Part shown: in pieces, positions 61,998 through 64,000 of the stretch | Layout: each line of letters starts with the position of its first letter | Numbering within the stretch: the stretch's first letter is position 1 | Source: Utricularia gibba | Taxonomy: Eukaryota; Plantae; Magnoliophyta | DNA length: 64,000 bases | Direction: 5' to 3' | Assembly (NCBI GenBank): GCA_002189035.1 | Contig: NEEC01000010.1 | Location: 1,984,001 to 2,048,000 of the forward strand | Made by a program: the position numbers and the translations under genes | Notes under the pieces: generated by a model | What the model saw: only the letters and a program-made list of their open reading frames with translations | What the model was told of the DNA's origin: nothing | Database searches by the model: none

Positions 61998-64000
61998 ATT
62001 TGGCATCAAAGATTTGCCATGTTCCTGCTTTTCCAGTGCAAGTTCCAGGTTTACAATGACATGAGCTAGTGTTGGGCGTTTACTTGGCTCATCATGCAAA
62101 CATTTCTCAACGATCCCAAGAAATACTGCCAGACTATCTGGTGATATTTCCTTTTTTATAGATTCATCAATAATCAAGTCACGTTCACCATTCCAGATTT
62201 TATTCCGAGCCCAGACAATTAGACTGCGCCTATCCTCTGCTGCGAATGGCTCCACTGCTGGTCTGCCACAGAGTACCTCTAACAACACCACACCAAAGGA
62301 GTAAGTGTCACTCTTGGCGGTGAATCTCTGAGTTATGATATAATTTGGGTCCAAGTAACCAGGTGAGCCCTTCACGTGTGTGCTTACTAGACTTTGCAGC
62401 ACCTTCCCACTCTCCCATTTAGCTAAACCAAAATCTGAAACCTTTGCTACAAGCTTTTCACCAAGTAGAATATTTGAGGACTTTATATCACGGTGAATGA
62501 TCTCATGTCCAGTGTGAAGATAGTCTAGCCCCCGAGCAGCTCCAATGCATATGCCCAGTCGTTGGATCCAGGAGAGAGAGGAGGCTTCTGCATTTTTCCT
62601 AGAGAATTTATACAGATGATCAGCCAGCGATCCGCAAGGAATGTACTCATAGACAAGTATCATTTCACGATGCGCCTTGAAGTATCCAATGAGAGAAACC
62701 AGGTTGAGATGCCGCAGATCAGAAAGAGCTTCAATCTCTGTCCAGAACTCACGCTTCCCTTGCTTGGAGTTTGCCTTCAATCGCTTAATGGCCACTGTCT
62801 CCCTTCCATTGTCTATTGTCCCTTTGTAGACGTTGCCAAAGCCTCCCCTTCCAATCAGAAATCGGTCATGGAAGTCATCCGTACTAGATTTGATCTCATC
62901 AAGTGAAAAAAGACGGCATAGCCTTTTAGCCCTTGCGGACGGCTTGTTTTCAGCCACATCTGTGAACTCAACTCCGAGGATCTTTCGCAGGAGGTGAGCA
63001 ATAACGTTGGCCAAACAAATCAAAATAACGATGACATTGGAAAATCCATTTCTACGACCAATAAGCAAGAAGAATGCATGCAGACCAATGAGTGGCGATG
63101 AATTTGGCACTGATGGCAAGATGGGATTTAGGCCTGCAAGACTGTTGTCGAAATTGCTGATCTTGAATATCTCAAATCCCTCAAAAAGATCATTTCCATC
63201 AGTGAATCCATATTCAGAATGGAAGGAAACAACAATGTCACGCTTGGCGTCCCGTTTTCGTCCACTCAGCACCACCATGTAGCTCTTTTGCCATAAGAAA
63301 CCTTCTTCTTTCCTCGACTTCAGAACGTCCTCGGCAGTGGCTGCGACTACCCCATCAATGACAACCGAGAAATCCTTTCCTCCGGCTTCTACAGTTTTGA
63401 GTCCAATCTCAGAGAAGTGAACCCTTACCATGTACCTAAATCCCACATCCACTGATGTCTTCCATGTCATGTTCTTCTCAATCGTTGATTTATCCTTCTG
63501 CTTCAAATTTCTTTTCCATGTGCGTGCAAGGTTTCCTACATCACCAACCAGGGTTGGAACTGAATCCAATTTCATGTCCACTCTTCGCACAATTTCTACA
63601 GCCACACCCCTATCGATATTCTGTCCAACTAGTGGAACCCCATTTGCTCCCCCTGACAGGACAGACCAGAAGGCAGTGAAACAATCTCAATGCCGTTTAC
63701 AAATGCATAAGCCTTGAATAATGGAGACGGTATCGGAGTAAAGATTATATCTAGCGGCTGATTTTCTTCAACCGTCAAGCAAAATTCCTTGACAACAGTA
63801 TCCAGCGCAAGTGCGCGGGCGGTGATGGAGGCACTGAAGTTATATAAAAGAGTGAAGGAACCAGCTTCAACACTGAATAAGTCGGTGATATCCTCGAATC
63901 CCTTACCAAAATGAAGACGGATGAACTTCTCGCCGGGATTGAGCCGAAATCCATACGAAAATTGCGCGCGAGAAACCCGAGCCGTGGAATACGGAACCAT
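61908..64000 (-). CDS. Malectin-like receptor kinase (CrRLK1L/FERONIA-like); 5' end runs off the window; apparent -1 frameshift at the C5 run 63649-63653
   Basis: YSTARVSRAQFSY; KFIRLHF; AFVNGIEIVS; GFRYMVRVHFSE; FEGFEIFKIS; TM segment; CRLFSLDEIK; GRGGFGNVYKG; VAIKRL; IIHRDIKSSNILL; VSDFGLAK; KGSPGYLDPNY. Confidence 0.9.

Overview
Eukaryotic, eudicot plant nuclear DNA from a very compact genome: about 26 intron-containing protein-coding genes plus one decayed duplicate in 64 kb, with many introns only 64-100 nt long. No rRNA, tRNA, CRISPR or intact transposon was recognised. The first ~47.5 kb is a housekeeping block. In order it holds: QUA2/TSD2 methyltransferase, APR-like thioredoxin, alpha/beta hydrolase, BTL-type carrier, CFL1-like protein, SC35, plastid methyltransferase, VQ protein, an At1g78110-like protein, WD40, polygalacturonase, two-domain LTP, EPF2, DnaJ, MUB, FAF-like, RPL30, HIPP, SULTR1 and membrane-tethered NAC017. 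From memory, this gene order resembles the Arabidopsis At1g78240-At1g77870 and At1g34xxx blocks. After a ~2 kb AT-rich gap comes an immunity-like island. It contains an intronless, strongly diverged Exo70 about 510 bp upstream of a CC-NB-LRR gene, followed by a decayed NAC017 copy, p23 and a small membrane protein. It ends with the main candidate for a novel system: a malectin-like (CrRLK1L) receptor kinase joined by a coding-type tandem repeat to a second, intact RLCK-VII kinase. This is a tandem-kinase architecture about 4.3 kb from the NLR. Key caveat: six apparent frameshifts in four loci are all single-base losses in G/C runs, so they may be assembly errors rather than true pseudogenisation. 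Other oddities are a HIPP without its CxxC metal site, an EPF2 missing one loop cysteine, and dense TCP and evening-element clusters with no adjacent coding gene. All product calls come from motif recognition, not database searches.
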